Part shown: positions 32,850-47,419 of the stretch, one piece after another
Layout: each line of letters starts with the position of its first letter
How positions within the stretch are numbered: position 1 is the first letter of the stretch
Source: the human T2T-CHM13v2.0 reference genome, Homo sapiens
Strand: one strand, 5' to 3'
Assembly (NCBI RefSeq): GCF_009914755.1
Contig: NC_060936.1
Length of the DNA stretch: 64,000 nt
Program-made: the position numbers and the translations under genes
Notes under the pieces: model-generated
What the model saw: only the letters and a program-made list of their open reading frames with translations
Databases searched by the model: none
Told to the model about the DNA's origin: nothing

Positions 32850-33196
32850 AGCTTATAAACCTTTATTCACAACTCTAAAATCTATAAAGCTCAGAAAACT
32901 GAGTTTTGTTTTTAAAAAAACAACAGTGTTTTAAAAACAGTTTGTGGCAAACTTGTTTGATTGCAAATTCTGACTTGAACTGACATGAAGCTATTTATAA
33001 CATTTATATACCTTATTCTGTGTGACTTTATTTATAAGTTTCTTTGCAGAAAATTTAATATATTTAACTCCAGGAGACTTATCAGGCTCCACTGGGGATG
33101 TTATGTCATAAATGAAATGTGTGTATATAAATTCCAAAAGATTCTGAATTTAGAAATCCATTGCACCCAAGGGTTTAGAGTAAGGGATTGTGTGGT
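32850..33196. mobile_element. MER46C-like TcMar-Tigger DNA transposon
   Basis: tgacttgaactgacatgaagctatttata...cccaagggtttagagtaagggattgtg. Confidence 0.6.
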
Positions 33197-33352
33197 CATA
33201 CAGATTTCAGAAAAAGGAAAGGTTATCTCTGAAATGGCCTTGCAGAATTGGTAGAATGGCAGAGATAGGAGGTAAAGGCATTCTGAGTATAAATAAAGTC
33301 ATATTTATATGTACATATTTATATGTACATTATATATACATATATATGTATA

Positions 33353-34285
33353 AGCTTTTGTAAAATGGGTAGAGTTCTTGATTTGATTCTCAGCTTGGTC
33401 ACTGTTAATGTATTGCAGAGCTGCTGATTTGTGTACATTAATTTTGTATCCTGAAACTTTTCTGAATTCATTTATCAGTTCTAGGAGCTTTTCAGAGGAA
33501 TCTTTAGGGTTTTCTAAGTATACGATCATATCATCAGCAAACAGTGAGAGTTTGACTTCCTCTTTACTGATTTGGATGCTCTTTATTTCTTTCTCTTGTC
33601 TGATTGCTCTGGCTAGGACTTCCAGTACTGTGTTGAATAGACGGGGTGAGAGTGGGCATCCTTATCCTGTTTCAGTTCTCAGAGGGAATGCTTTAAACTT
33701 TTCCCTGTTCAGTATTATGTTAGCTGTGGGTTTGTCATAGATAGCTTTTATTACATTGAGGTATGTCTCTTTTATGCTGATTTTGCTGAGGGTTTTAATC
33801 ATAAAGCAATGCTGGATTTTGTCAAATGCTTTTTCTGTGATGATTGAGATGATCATGTATTTTTGTTTTTAATTCTGTTTATGTGCTGTATCACATTTAT
33901 TGACTTGTGTATGTTAAACCATCCCTGCAACCCTAGTATGAAACTCACTTGATCATGGTGGATTATCTTTTTGATATGCTGTTGGATTCAGTTAGCCTAG
34001 TATTTTGTTAAGGATTTTTACATCTATGTTCATCAGGGATACTGGTCTGTAGTTTTGATTTTTTGTTATGTCCTTTGCTGGTTTAGATATTAGAGTGATA
34101 CTGGCTTCATAGAATCATTTAGGGAGGATTCCCTCTTTCTCTATCTTGCAGAATAGTGTCAATAGGACGGTACAAATTCTCTTTGAATGTCTGATAGAAT
34201 TCAGCTGTGAATATGTCCAGTCCTGGACTTTTTTTGGTTGGTCTTTTTTTTATTACCATTTCAATCTTACTGCTTGTTATATTGT
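33353..34285 (-). mobile_element. Inverted 5' segment of an L1PB-like element (RT region)
   Basis: Minus-strand peptides EKAFDKIQH and [11 protein letters not shown]. Confidence 0.9.
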
Positions 34286-36015
34286 TCAAGGAATATACCT
34301 AACCAAGGAGGTGAAAGAACTCTACAAGAAAAACTACAAAACACTGCTGAAAGAAATCATAGATGGCACAAACAAATGGACACACATTCCATGCTCCTGG
34401 ATGGGTAGAATCAATATTGTGAAAATGACCGTACTACCAAAAGCAATCTACAAATTCAATGCAATTTCCATCAAATTGCCAACATCATTCTTCACAGAAC
34501 TAGAAAAAAAATCCTAAAATTCATATGGAACCAAACAAAAGCCCACATAGCCAAAGCAAGACTAAGCAAAAAGAACAAATCTACAGACATCACATTACCT
34601 GACTTCAAACTATACTATAAGGCCATAGTCACCAAAACAGCGTGGTACTTGTATAAAAATAGGCACATAAACCAATGGAATAGAATAGAGAACCCAGAAA
34701 TAAAGTCACATACTCACAGCCAAATGATTTTTGACAAAGCCAATGGCATAAAGTGGGGAAAGGACACCCTATTCAACAAATGGTGCTGGGATAATTGGCA
34801 AGTCACATGTAAGAGAAAGAAACTGGATTCTCATCTCTCATTTTATACAAAAATCAATCTGAGATGGATCTGGGACTTAAATCTAAGACCTGAAAATATA
34901 AAAATTCTAGAAGATAACGTAGGAAAAACCCTTCTAGACATTGGCTTCGGCAAAGACTTTATGACCAAGAACCCAAAGCAAATGCAACAAAAGTAAATAG
35001 GTGGGACTTAATTAAACTAAAAAGCTTCTTCACAGCAAAAGGAACAGTCAGCAGAGTAAATAGACAACCCAAAGAGTGGAAGAAAATCTTCACAATTTAT
35101 ACATCCAACAAAGGACTAATATCCAGAATCTGCAAGGAACTCAAACAAATTAGCAAGAAAAAAACAATCCCATCAAAAAGTGGACTAAGGACATGAATAA
35201 GCAATTCTCAAGATATACAAATGGCCAACAAACATATGAAAAAATGCTCAACATCACTAATTAACATGGAAATGCAAATCAAAACCACAATGCAATACCA
35301 CCTTACTCCTGCATGAATAGCCATAATCAAAAAATAACCAAAATCATAGGTGTTGGTGTGGATGTGGTGAAAAGGGAACACTTCTACACTGCTGGTGGGA
35401 ATGTAAAGTAGTGCAGCCACTATGAAAAACCGTGTGGAGATTCTTTCAAGAACTAAAAGTAGAACTACCATTTGATCCAGCAATCCCACTACTGAATATT
35501 TACCCAGAGGAAAAGAAGTCATTATATGAAAAAGATATTTGCATATGCATGTTTACAGCAGCACAGTTCACAATTGCAGAAGTATGGAACCAGGCCAAAT
35601 GCCCATCAATCAACTAGTGGATAAAGAAATTGTGGTATATATACAATGGAATACTACTCAGCCCCAAAAAGGAACAAATTAATGGCATTCCCAGCAACGT
35701 GAATGGAACTGGAGGCTATTATTCTAAGTGAAGTAACTCAGGAATGAAAAACCAAACATTGTGTGCTCTTATTCATAAGTGGGAGTTAAGCTATGAAGAT
35801 TCAAAGGCATAAGAATGACATAATGGACTTTGGGGACTCGGGGGAAAGGCTGGGAAGGGGGTGAGGGATAAAAGACTACAAATTGCGTTCAGGGTATACT
35901 GCTTGGGTGATGGGTATACCAGAATCTCACAAATTACCACTAAAGAACTTAGTCATGTAACCAAATGCCACTTGTTCCCCCAAAACCTGTGGAAATAAAA
36001 AAATTTTTAAAAAGA
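34286..36015 (+). mobile_element. Forward 3' segment of the same L1PB-like element
   Basis: [12 protein letters not shown]...[14 protein letters not shown] and [10 protein letters not shown]. The 3'UTR ends aaataaaaaaatttttaaaaag. Confidence 0.92.
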
Positions 36016-37197
36016 GAAAGGTATAAATAAAAATGTAGAAAAAGGGAAAAATGAGAGACGTGGAAAAACTGTAACTAGGAGGAGGAGATAAATGAGAATA
36101 AGTAGGATATAAATTATAAAAAATTACCTAATGTTGAATAATATTGATAAGAAATTGAGAACCTTTCATAAATTTTGAGTAGAAGAGTAACTTAAATGAC
36201 ATTGTGCTAAAAGAACATTAAACTAAGTAGGCTGGCTTGATAAGACAAATTTTGGAGATGGGATACATTCAACAGGCTGCTTTAATAGAATGGGCAAATA
36301 AAATTGAAATGGGTTGGTGGTACGGCAAATAAAGTACAAATATAGAATCTATAGTATTTGGTAATTAACTGAATATAGGGGAAGGGAAGGGTATCTTAGA
36401 TAACTAAGTTCTCATGGCACTGAAAGAACGGTGCTACCGTTAGTAGAAATATACAAGATAGTGGGAGGAGCAAGGTTTGGGATAAGAGGACATTTTTAAG
36501 CTAGGACATACGGGGGAGCTCAAATATTAAAGCCATCTGGAAATGATGGAATGTTATGAAGACAGCATGTGAATATCTGCTTTCTTACAGTCATTTATGG
36601 AGTCATAAGGTTGTGAGAAAAGCGTTTCCAAGTATGTTCTTCATTTGAAATTAGCATATAGAAATCAGACTTCAGAACTGATAGGTTTGCTTTGGTAAAG
36701 CTCTTCAAAACAAAAGCTTTGCCAATGTTTGGATTTAAATAAATTCCTATAACTAAGAACAGAAACTGCTATTTTCATATTAACAAATTCACTTCCCCAG
36801 CACATATGCCACAGTTCCAGAATTACAAATTGAATGAATACACAGTTATGAAAAGAAATTCTAAAGTGATTTTATGGTTTTGATTCCTTGTGAGTTTGGA
36901 ATTATCATTCTAAGGTGATCTGAAAATTCTTATTCCTCAAAAGTAGTTTATTAAATAGACATCTATCCTTTTCCTTTGAGAAATGGCAATCACAAAACCA
37001 CAGTCATATTTTTGTCATTGCTCAAGTACCATCGAAATTGCAGTATCATAGAAACAGATGCACTTCTCTAATTATAGAGATGGTGACTTTGTTTATAGGC
37101 AAATGCAGTTTTCAAATGTACAACTAGTTCCTTTTTATTAAGTGGGTCTCCTGTGGCTAGAGTGAAGTTAGCTCTCATAAGTATACACAAGGACACC

Positions 37198-37620
37198 TGT
37201 ATTAGTTCACTAGGGCTGCCTTAAGAAAATACCACAAACTGAGTGACTTTAAAAAAAACAAATTTATTGTCTGGGTTTTGGAGGCTAGAAGCTTGAAAGC
37301 AACGTGTCAGCAGGGTGGGTTCCTTTTGAGGGCTGTGGGGGTAGGATTTGTTCCAGGCCTTTCTGCTTGGCTTGTAGATGGCCGTCATCTCCCCCTGTCT
37401 CTTCACATAGTCATCCCTGGGTACATGTCTGTCTCTGTCCAAATTTTCCCTTTTGTGAGGACACAATCATATTGGATGAGGGCCCACCCTCCTGGTCCCA
37501 TTTTAATTTAATCAGGTCTGTAAAGACTATACCTTCAAATAATGTTACTTTCTGAGGTACTTGGCGTAGAACTCCAATATGGGTTTTTTCTTGTGGGGGG
37601 TGGGGTGGACACAATCATTA
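37198..37620 (-). mobile_element. MLT1B/C-like MaLR LTR
   Basis: tgtattagtt...gggctgcc...aaataccacaaactg...ttctgaggtact...ggacacaatc. Confidence 0.8.
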
Positions 37621-38299
37621 TAGGTGTGTTCATATGACTCATGCACCCCTTGCCCCCACTGCTGAGAATGTGGGATGGAACTCCTGGATGATAGGCTGAC
37701 ACAGACAGTTCTTTCAAGGAGGAAAATTAATAATCAATGGAAAGATGATGATTTGTTCACTGGGTCCTCTTTACTATTAGACTAAAGATATTCTTTCCAA
37801 AAAAATGGAGCCTGGATACATCATAATTATCTATCTGTCAGTAAAAGCAATAACTTTTTAAAAAAAATTCCAGGAGAGTTTTTATTTTATTTATTTGTCA
37901 TAATTAACTTTTATTTAACTTAATTATAAGTTGCTGATGATAGGGCATTGTCTTATGCCCAACATACAGTTGTTCTTATGCCCAACATATTGTAAGTTTA
38001 TTAAATAAGTGAAATAATGAACAAATAGTTTATGAGATTCTGTTGTATACCATTGCATTATCATTTGGAGAGAAGAAAGAGAAAGAGGAAACAAATAGTG
38101 GAATGACAGAATCCTCTCTGTAAATAAAATAAAAATAAAAATTATAGAATATCAGAATTTGGAGACCATTGTAGGAGAAATTCAGTCTCCCTTTTCACAA
38201 TGGAGAATTGATGTTCAAGCAGATCAACGTTTCTGAGATCATAGGGGTAGTTAGTATCAGGCTTAGGAATAATATGGCATAGTGGAGGCACTTTGAAAT

Positions 38300-38756
38300 C
38301 AGAGTTTTTATTGCTGCCATTTTTTATACAGGCATTATTTAGATCTGCAGGTCAATTAAGGATTGGCTGATCTCAGCTGGGCTCAGCTGGGTGACTGTTA
38401 ATGTCATCTAGGCTCTCTCGTGTCCTCTCAGTTGATCTAGGCTGGCCTTGGCTGGGGTGATTTGGCTTTGTCCTTCATGTCTTTCATTTTTCTTTTGGGA
38501 TCAATGGGCCCAGTTGGGTATGTTTTTATGGCAATGACAGAGGAGCAAGAGAGCAAGCCCAACTGTTGCAAGCATTTTCCAAGCTTTTAGTTATGCTATG
38601 TTGCTAATATTCCATTGGTAAAGTCAAAGGGCTGAGCCCAAGGTAAAGGAGAAGGATATACTCTCATTCTTCAATGGGAGAAACAATGAAGTCACATGAC
38701 AAAGGCCACAGATAAAAGGGGAGGCTATGAAGAATTGAGGCCAATAATCTACCACA
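38300..38756 (-). mobile_element. Old MLT1(H-like) LTR
   Basis: ggctgatctcagctgggctc...aagtcacatgacaaagg...aataatctaccaca. Confidence 0.5.
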
Positions 38757-39545
38757 AATGATGAAAGATGGGGACTGAGAGATAGAAGGTGGGAATTTAT
38801 AAGATGTGTGCTTTTCCCCTCAAGAATAGGGTACCCAAAATCTTGGCTCTACTGTGTAACTTTGTGAAAATTGGCTATCTAGCTTCAGTTTCTTCACCTA
38901 TAAGCAGAGATTAACGATATCTATATTGTTGTATAATTGTGAAGAATATGGAGATGTTAGTTATAAAACTTCATCATGTAGTATATTTTGAATTTGTTAG
39001 ATTCCTTTCCTCTTCTCCTTCAAGGTACTATTTCAGGGTATACATACCTAAAAAACTAGAAGACCATTACAAAGCAAATAATTTTGGGTGTTTGTTTAAA
39101 TGTTTGTGCTGTTTACCAGTGAAGCCACCTTGTCCTCTAGTCTTCTTTGGTGGGAGGTTCTGATTAGAATTCAGTCTCTTTCCTTGTTATAAGTCTGTTC
39201 AAATGTTCTATTTCTTCTTGTGTCAGTTATTGTAGTTTGTGTTTTACTAGGAATTTGTTTCATCTAAGCTTCTGAATTTGTTGACATATAATTGCTCATA
39301 GTATTGTCTTATAATCCTTTTATTTCTCTAAGGTAGGTAATAATGGCCACATGTTCATTTCTGACTGTTTCATGGCTTTTGATGTACCCTGAGTCTTCTA
39401 ATCCATTGCAGTCATTATCCTTGTTGATGTTGTATTAACACATCCCTGTTCAGTGAGACTGTCAGGCTGGCTCCTGTATCTGGGTGACACCACTTCATGA
39501 GCCCATGGCAGCGTCTTTGATCTGTGAGACACTGAGATGACCCAG

Positions 39546-39636
39546 TGTACTAGTTCATTCTCACACTGCTATAAAGACATACCTGATGCTTGGTAATTTA
39601 TAAAGAAAAGAGGTTTAATTGGCTCATGGTTCTGCA
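39546..39636 (-). mobile_element. MST LTR 3'-terminal fragment
   Basis: tgtactagttcattctcacactgctataaagacatacctga...gaggtttaattggctcatggttctgca. Confidence 0.75.
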
Positions 39637-40229
39637 AATATATACATAATGATTTATTGTGCATTACTGATTGTGCATTAATGTAGAGGAGGAAAAAAGG
39701 GGAAATTTCTTGGTATGAAGAGGATATTCAACAAAGATGAATGGACAGGAATAGAGAGGGTATTCCAAGGATAGAAGGGGACTGGCATAAAATAAAATGA
39801 GGAAATGGTGTTGAAATAAATAAAATCAGAAAATAGTCTCATGATAGCGCTTTCTCCCTGTGTGGGATACTAGAGTAGGAGGCATGTGCTAAATGGGTCT
39901 TGAAAAAATTTGCAAGATATTTCTTGTCTTATGTCTGTCCAGTACTTTTTCTTCTCCTAGGATTCTTTAGAGATTTGTAAAACTGGAAAGAAGATCTAAA
40001 GAGATTGAAATGACATGTGCTTTGCTTCTCTCCTATTTTCTGATCTTTTCCATTTATTCTAATCTTTGCTGTGGACATATATACCATTGTGTTCTTTATT
40101 CATTAAGCATTTATCATGGGCCAACTATGTGCAAAGTATTATATCTGATTTGAGGTGATGAGTTAGTGGTTGTGGGATGTGTGTACAGAGATATATGACA
40201 AAGGTTTCTGCTGTCTGGAAACTGGATAT

Positions 40230-40718
40230 TCTCAAGTTGTTCCTTCCACCCACCTGCAGTAATTTACATTCTTCTTTCTTGCACTATCTACTTTGCTTTT
40301 TATCTCAGGCTGACCTCTATGAAAAGGATCAACTGAGCTCTGTTTCTTCTGTCTTCCATTTGAGTTTAGTTGATTGGATGCACCAGTAAGGGGGAAGAGA
40401 GTTTGATTCCTGCCCTGCGGGCCTGAGGTTTGGCAGTGGCTGGATTTATACAAGTCACAGATCCCATCCAGCACCCAGACCTTTCCTACAGCTACAGCTA
40501 CAGCTGCCCTGAGTTCTGGTAACTGCTCCTTCTCTTACCCCTTTAGGCCTAAATGTAGTAATAGCTTCCACTGTTGCCAGTCCTGAGGTGCTTCATCAAT
40601 AGTTGTTGGTTTCCCTTAATCCCATCCATACATTTGTACATAGTCCCTTCACTAATCCTTCTTCAGTTACTCCTTCTGATTGTGCCATCTGTGTTCTGTC
40701 AGGACCCTGGCTGATACA
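40230..40718 (+). mobile_element. ERV-L LTR (LTR33-like)
   Basis: Ends tgtgccatctgtgttctgtcaggaccctggctgataca. Diverged. Confidence 0.5.
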
Positions 40719-42678
40719 CCTTCCTGCTGTAAAGCCAATATGTGAACTGAGAGACAGATGGTGGTAATGTGCTTTCCTTCTGAGTACAAGATTTGCTGGA
40801 TTAGTGATACCCAATTTTTAAATATATATTTTCATACATTTTCCTTTTTGTTTGCAAGATGCTTTTTATTGTTGCTATTTGTCTTCTCTGAGATATTAAA
40901 GATAGCATGTACAGTGTAGTATAGTAGCTTTTCCTTTCCTCTCTCCCTCCCTTCTTCCTCTCTCTCTCTCTCTCTCCCTCCTTTCCTCCCTCTCTTCCCT
41001 TTCTTTCATTCTTTCTTTGTTTCTACATATTTTATTTTAAATATGACAATATACATACACACATGCATACATATTTAAAATTCACCTTCTACATTATTAG
41101 ACAAGCTCTTCCTCTAAATGCTGATTTTTCACAAATTATTTTCATTTGTGTAATCTAAGTCATAAATCTAAGTCTTGCTCTTATTTTCAAAGATGTAGCT
41201 CTTTTTGCCAAGTAAACCATATTGTCCTTTCTCTCTTTTCACCTTCTTCACTGGAATTCACGTGAATGAATAAATGTCTATTCTATTTGGCCTCTCTTTC
41301 AAAAGATTTGATAAATACCTAACTTCTGAAAGCCCCAAAGAAGTAAGTTCATTTCCATTCCAAAGATAAACAGGCTCAGAGATTTACTCTGCTCCATAAA
41401 ATTAACAAATATATAAATTGTAGATAAGGAATTGGAATTTCTGTTTCTGATTCCAAATTCCATATATCTCACTATACTTACTGTAACCTATTATTTGTTC
41501 ATATATAATAGCAGATAGTAGTGGAATTCCTAATGTATATCAATCACTGGGATGCAGAGATGGTTTAAAAATTCTCACAGTTCAGAGGAGTACATGGTGA
41601 GATAAATAAAGCACGAATTGGAGACTTATGGCAACAGAGTCAGAGGGCAGAAAAAAATGCTGTGCTCTGGGAAGGTAGGAGAGACTCCTCAGAGAAGAAA
41701 TATTTAAGTCAAGTCATCATATTTAAGTAAGACTTTCCTAGGCAGAATGAATTTCGGGGAGGAATAACTGATATTGCCTTTATTTTAAATTTTGATATTT
41801 TATCTTTTTTTGCATTGATTTTTTAAAATATTGCATAAAATATTTCCCTTGATGACTGAGTTTTTTTGGCATCCCTTTAAACTTTGTGCTGAAGCAAATG
41901 CCCTGTTCTTCTAGCTCTAGTCTTTTCCCTGGGAACAGTCACGGAGTTGGAAAAGAAACAGATTTACCAGCAAATGGCGAACAATTCAGCCTTAGTAGAG
42001 TGAAGGGTGCAAGTCCGTGGGAGTGGTGGGGAGGTGGAGATTCTCCAAAGACAGTTGAGGGCTGAATTGTGAGGCGACTGTGTAATAGGCTAAAAATTTT
42101 GGTTTTGATTTTTTAAAAGAGTAATTGGAAGGCTTTTTTAAAAATCAAGAATAATATCATCAGATTTTATTTTTGGAAGAATCCTTTATAGAGGACTGAG
42201 TGAATCAGTGCAAGACTTGAAGCAAGGCAATAAACTGAGTTAGTTTCATTAAACAAAGTAAGAACTATTGAGAACCTAAATAAAAGTGAGATAGATATTA
42301 ATTTGGGTAATATAATCTTATAATTAAAATATTTTATGCTAATTATAGAATTTTAATTTTTTTCTTCTAGGAATGTTCATCTGGCCAAAAATTATTTTGA
42401 AAATGTCATCATCTGATTTTCTACCTTTTAATATTTCACTTGTCTCTAGTTAAGCTATAAAATAATGGTGAAGCATAACTTCACACATCTAATTTATCTG
42501 ATAAACACTGTTTTTCTCGTTCTCAAGAAAATCAACAGCAGGAAACCTCAGAGTTGATTTTGTTTAGCCTCTTACCACATAGCGGAAAAAAATGGAAAAT
42601 AAGTGCAAAAAGCCTGAGAAATTGAAAGTACACTCTAGTCACTTGAGAATTATCTCTCATAATCCTTTACAAACTTTT

Positions 42679-43002
42679 CTTTTCTCTTCTTTTCTTTTTT
42701 CTTTTCTCCTCTCCTCTCCTTGCCTCTCCTCTCCTCTCCTCTCTTCTCCTCTCTTCTCTTCTCTTCTTTTTTTTTGGAGTGCAGTGATCTCGGCTCACTG
42801 CAGCCTCAACCTCTCAGACTCAAGAGATGTTCCCATCTCAGCTTCCCAAGTAGCTGAGACTCCAGGCGCACGCCACCACACCTGGCTATTTTTGTATTTT
42901 TTGTAGAGATGATGTTTTGCCATGTTGTCCAGGCTGGTCTTGAACTCCTGAGCTCAAAGTGGTCTGGCTGCCTCAGCCTCCCAAAGTGCTGGGATTTCAG
43001 GC
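42679..43002 (-). mobile_element. 5'-truncated AluJ with pyrimidine (CTCCT/CTCTT)n tail and TSD TACAAACTTTT
   Basis: Alu body 42776-43002. TACAAACTTTT at 42668-42678 and 43003-43013. Confidence 0.85.
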
Positions 43003-44941
43003 TACAAACTTTTTCAACCCTAATAAGGAGAAAGTTCCTCCACTACAAAATGCTCAACTCATCCTAATGTTTTTTCATTTGTTTACCTAGCAACATTCTT
43101 TCACTCTATAAGATATTTTTAAAAAATATAGCCTATAAGAGAACAATTTGTCCACGTATAGTTCAACCAGGGTTATGTCATATTTCATTATTTAAATCAT
43201 GCTATTTTTTGGGGGGATCACAGAATAACCATACTGGGGAATTAAGATATGAAAATGATAAAAGTCAACTGCTGATGGATTTCATGTTCCTCATCACTTT
43301 GCACCGTATCATCAGCAAGAAAGTATGAAATTAAAAAGAATGAAGAAAAGGCTGTAATAAGTTTGTCCTGGAAAAATATGAGTTACTTTGTGAAGTAATA
43401 AGTAACTTTATTTTGGCAGTCATTGTTGGCAGACGTGGAAGATATTGTTTAATAGATTTTTCTGACTGTTTTCCTAATAGGGCATCTTCATCATGAACCT
43501 CAATGCCAAGTGTCTTATCTTGTAAGTTATGATATCTTCTTTCAGGGGACAGAGAAATAGGAGTTGAGAAACTAGTTTCTAGTTTGGTGAACAGAACCTT
43601 CTCTAAGCAATTAGGAAAATGAGTATGTATCTGTAGCAGATGTTAATTAGGGTTCTGTAATCATCTTTCCCTTTCCTTGCTTCTCCGTTATTTCCATTCC
43701 TTTTCTTTCTGCTAACTTGGGCATTTATTCATCCCCAAAGTTTCACATATCTTCTCTAGACTGGTGGCTCAATCTCCTCAACTCATTCTGTACTTCAGAT
43801 ATCTAGAGCTATAGTCTTGTTTGCCTTCTAGATTTTTTTTTCTTAGAATAGCTCAGTTTCTAACAGTGTACAGTGTAATATTTCAGATTGCCCTGCCTTT
43901 GCAGAAGATACTACTATTGGCTTAGTCAACTCAATTTGAAACCTGTGAATAACCTTTCATTTTTTTCATGTTTTCCTTTTCCTAGAACCTTATCTTCTTG
44001 ATATTTTCAGCACCTCCTCTTTCATCCCTCCATTTCCATCCTCACAGTATGTCATTCATTATGACATGACTAGACCATTGCAGTAGCTGCTGCCTGGTCT
44101 TCCTTCCTTTGTGTTTAGCATTCTTGTCCCCTCTCCTCCAAATTCTAATTTAATCCGGGAATTTGAACTTTGGGATTGATTGTGTCACATCCTGCTCAAA
44201 ACTCACTGTTTGCTCCTTCTCGTTTACTAATTAAGGTCACACATTCTATAGTCCTAACCTATCTATTTAATTGCATTTAACTATTGTTTTATTTTTAAAT
44301 TTACATAGTGTGACACAATTTTTTTTGCTATGCAGTTTTATGAGTTGTGAGAATGAATAATGTCATGTCACCATCACCACAATCACAATAAATCGGTTTT
44401 GTCACCCCCAAATCTTTCCTTTTGATGTTCCTTTGTAGTCAAACTCTTCTTCTGTCCCTGAGCCTTGGCCATAATTGATCTTTTTTCTGTCCTTATAGCT
44501 TTGCCTTTTCCAGAACATGACCTACATGCAATCATACAGTATGTAATATTTGGATCTAGATTCTATCACTTAGCAGGACACATCTGTCCTTACTGCATAT
44601 ATCGATAGTTCATTCCTTGTAATTGCTGAGTAGTATTCCATTGTATGGATCACCAAAATTTTCTTATCCATTCATTAAAGGACATTTGAGTTATTTGCAA
44701 TTTGGAAATTATGAATAATGCTACTATCAACATTCACATGTAGATTTTTATGTGAATATATCCTTTCATTTCTTTTGAGTAAATACCTAGGAGTAAATGA
44801 GTGGGTCATATGGTAAGTGGATGTTTATCTTTGTAAGGAACTGTCAAACAATTTTCCAGAGTGGTTATACCATTACATTTCCAACAGGAATGTATGGGTA
44901 TTCCAGTTGCTCTGCATCCTTGCCAGTGCTCACTTTGTCAG

Positions 44942-44943
<2 letters not shown>

Positions 44944-44987
<44 letters not shown>

Positions 44988-45024
44988 GTGTGTGTGTATG
45001 TATGTATGTGTGTGTGTATGTGTG
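44944..45024. repeat. (TG)n/(TATG)n microsatellite
   Basis: Directly visible. Confidence 0.97.
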
Positions 45025-45189
45025 TTGTTTTTTAGCTATTCCAGTCCATGTATACTGATATCTCCTTGTGACTTTAATTTGCATGGCTCTAATGACTATT
45101 GATGGTGAAAATATTTTTATGTGATTATGTGCCATTGGTATATTTTTTTGGTGCAGTGTCTTGATATTTTCTGCTCATAGTTTGTTGGT

Positions 45190-45498
45190 TTTTTCTTTTC
45201 CTTTTTCTTTTTTTTTGAGATGGAGTCTCACTCTGTTGCCCAGGCTGGAGTACAGTGGCGCGATCTTGGCTCACTGCAACCTCTGTCTCCTGAGTTCAAG
45301 TGATTCTCCTGCCTCAGCCTCCTGAGTATCTGAGATTACAGGTGCTTGCCACCATGCCCGTATAATTTTTGTATTTTTAGAAGAGATGGGGTTTCACCAT
45401 GTTGCCCAGGCTGGTCTTGAACTCTTGACCTCAGGTGATCTTCCCGCCTCGGCCTCCCAAAGCGCAGGGATTACAGGCGTGAGCCACTGTGCCCAGCC
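45190..45498 (-). mobile_element. AluS
   Basis: Full antisense dimer with a T-rich tail. Confidence 0.95.
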
Positions 45499-45852
45499 TT
45501 CTTTTCTTATTACTGAGTTTTGAGAGTTTCTTTTTTATTTTGTATACTCTGTCAGTTATATATATTTTTCTCCCAGTCAAAAGCTTGTCCTTTTAGTCTC
45601 TGAACAGTGTTTTTTATAGAACAAAATATTTTAATTTAGCTGAAGTTTAATTTATCAATTTTTCTTTTATGGATCATGCATTTGGTGGCATACCTCAGAT
45701 TTCTTTGTCTAATACAAATGCATGGAGATTTTCTCTCTTGTTTTCTTCCACAATTTTTATAGTTTCACATCTTACATTTAGGTCTATAATCCATTTTGAG
45801 TTTGTATGTGTATGTGTATAAACTGTGAGTCATAGGTTAGGATTAATTTCGT

Positions 45853-46193
<341 letters not shown>

Positions 46194-47419
46194 TAGCACC
46201 ATTTGTTGAAAAGAACAGCATTTGCACCATTGCCAAATATCAATTGACTATGTTTGTGTTGGTATTCTTTTTGATTTTTTATTTTGTTTCATTGATATTT
46301 ATCTTTTCACTAATACCATACTGTTTTGATCACTGTAGTTTTATAGTAAGTCTGAAAAATCAGGTTCTGTGAACCCTCCAAATTTCATCTTCCTTTGGTT
46401 TTGAATTGTTTTGGCTATTCCATATAAATTTTACCATCAGCTTGTTTATATCTACCAAACTTCTCCTGGGTTTTTTATTGGGAGTTGATTAAATCTACAG
46501 ATCAATTTGGGGAGAATTGATTTGTTAACAATATTCAGTTTCTAGTCCATGAACACTAGATATCTCTCAATTTTATAGATCTTTTCAACTAACTATCTTT
46601 TGATTCTATAAATATTCTCTATTATTCTTCTTAGTTTCATTGTTTTCTGTTTTAATCTGTATTATTTTTGTTTTTCTGCTTGCTTTGGATTTAGTTTGCT
46701 CTTCTAGTATCTTACGGTGAAAATTAGACCTTTCTTCTTTTCCAAGATAGACATATAATGCTATAAGTTTTTATCTAGGTACTGCTTTAACTGCTTCTCA
46801 CAAATTTTGATATATTTTATTTTTATTTAGTGAAAAATATTTTCTAATCCAATCTCCCTTTGCAATCTCATCTTTAAAGACTTTCCTTATGTACCCTGTG
46901 TTCTAGCCATACTTGTATGATTTCCTGCTTTTGTTCCTTTTCTTTGGCTGTTTTCTTTACTTGAAATGCCTTTCTTCCTAGTTTATCAGTCTGACCCTCC
47001 TCAAATGTCATATTCTTTGTGAAGGTTTCCTAGATCACCATAATAGGAAGTGATACCTCCTTTGAGCCCCTAGAGTATGTTATACTTCTCTTATGTCATT
47101 TCATTCCTTCTATTGTTCCAGCTCCAAGTCCTTGATGTCCCTCCTGCCCCAAGTCAGAGCTCTTCTCCTAGCAGTTAACAAGGCCCTTGCCTTATATTTT
47201 GTAAATCACATGAGTGAAGTTTGGTAATGTGCGTCATTGGTCTTCTCATAGGTTGGTTCTGGAGAGGTGGGTGTGGTAAGTCCTGCAGGTCAGGAGGGCA
47301 ATGGGGAAGAGCATCGGGATTGCCTCCTACAATTGGCTTGCTTTCCTTTTTCTATCTGATTTTTTTCTATGTTTTTTTTTTCCTATCTTATGTTTTCTAT
47401 GTATTTAAAAAGGTGTCAT

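Noticed and set aside
44797-45135. Cys-Val and His-Thr repeat ORFs
   Set aside because: Artefact of the (TG)n microsatellite.
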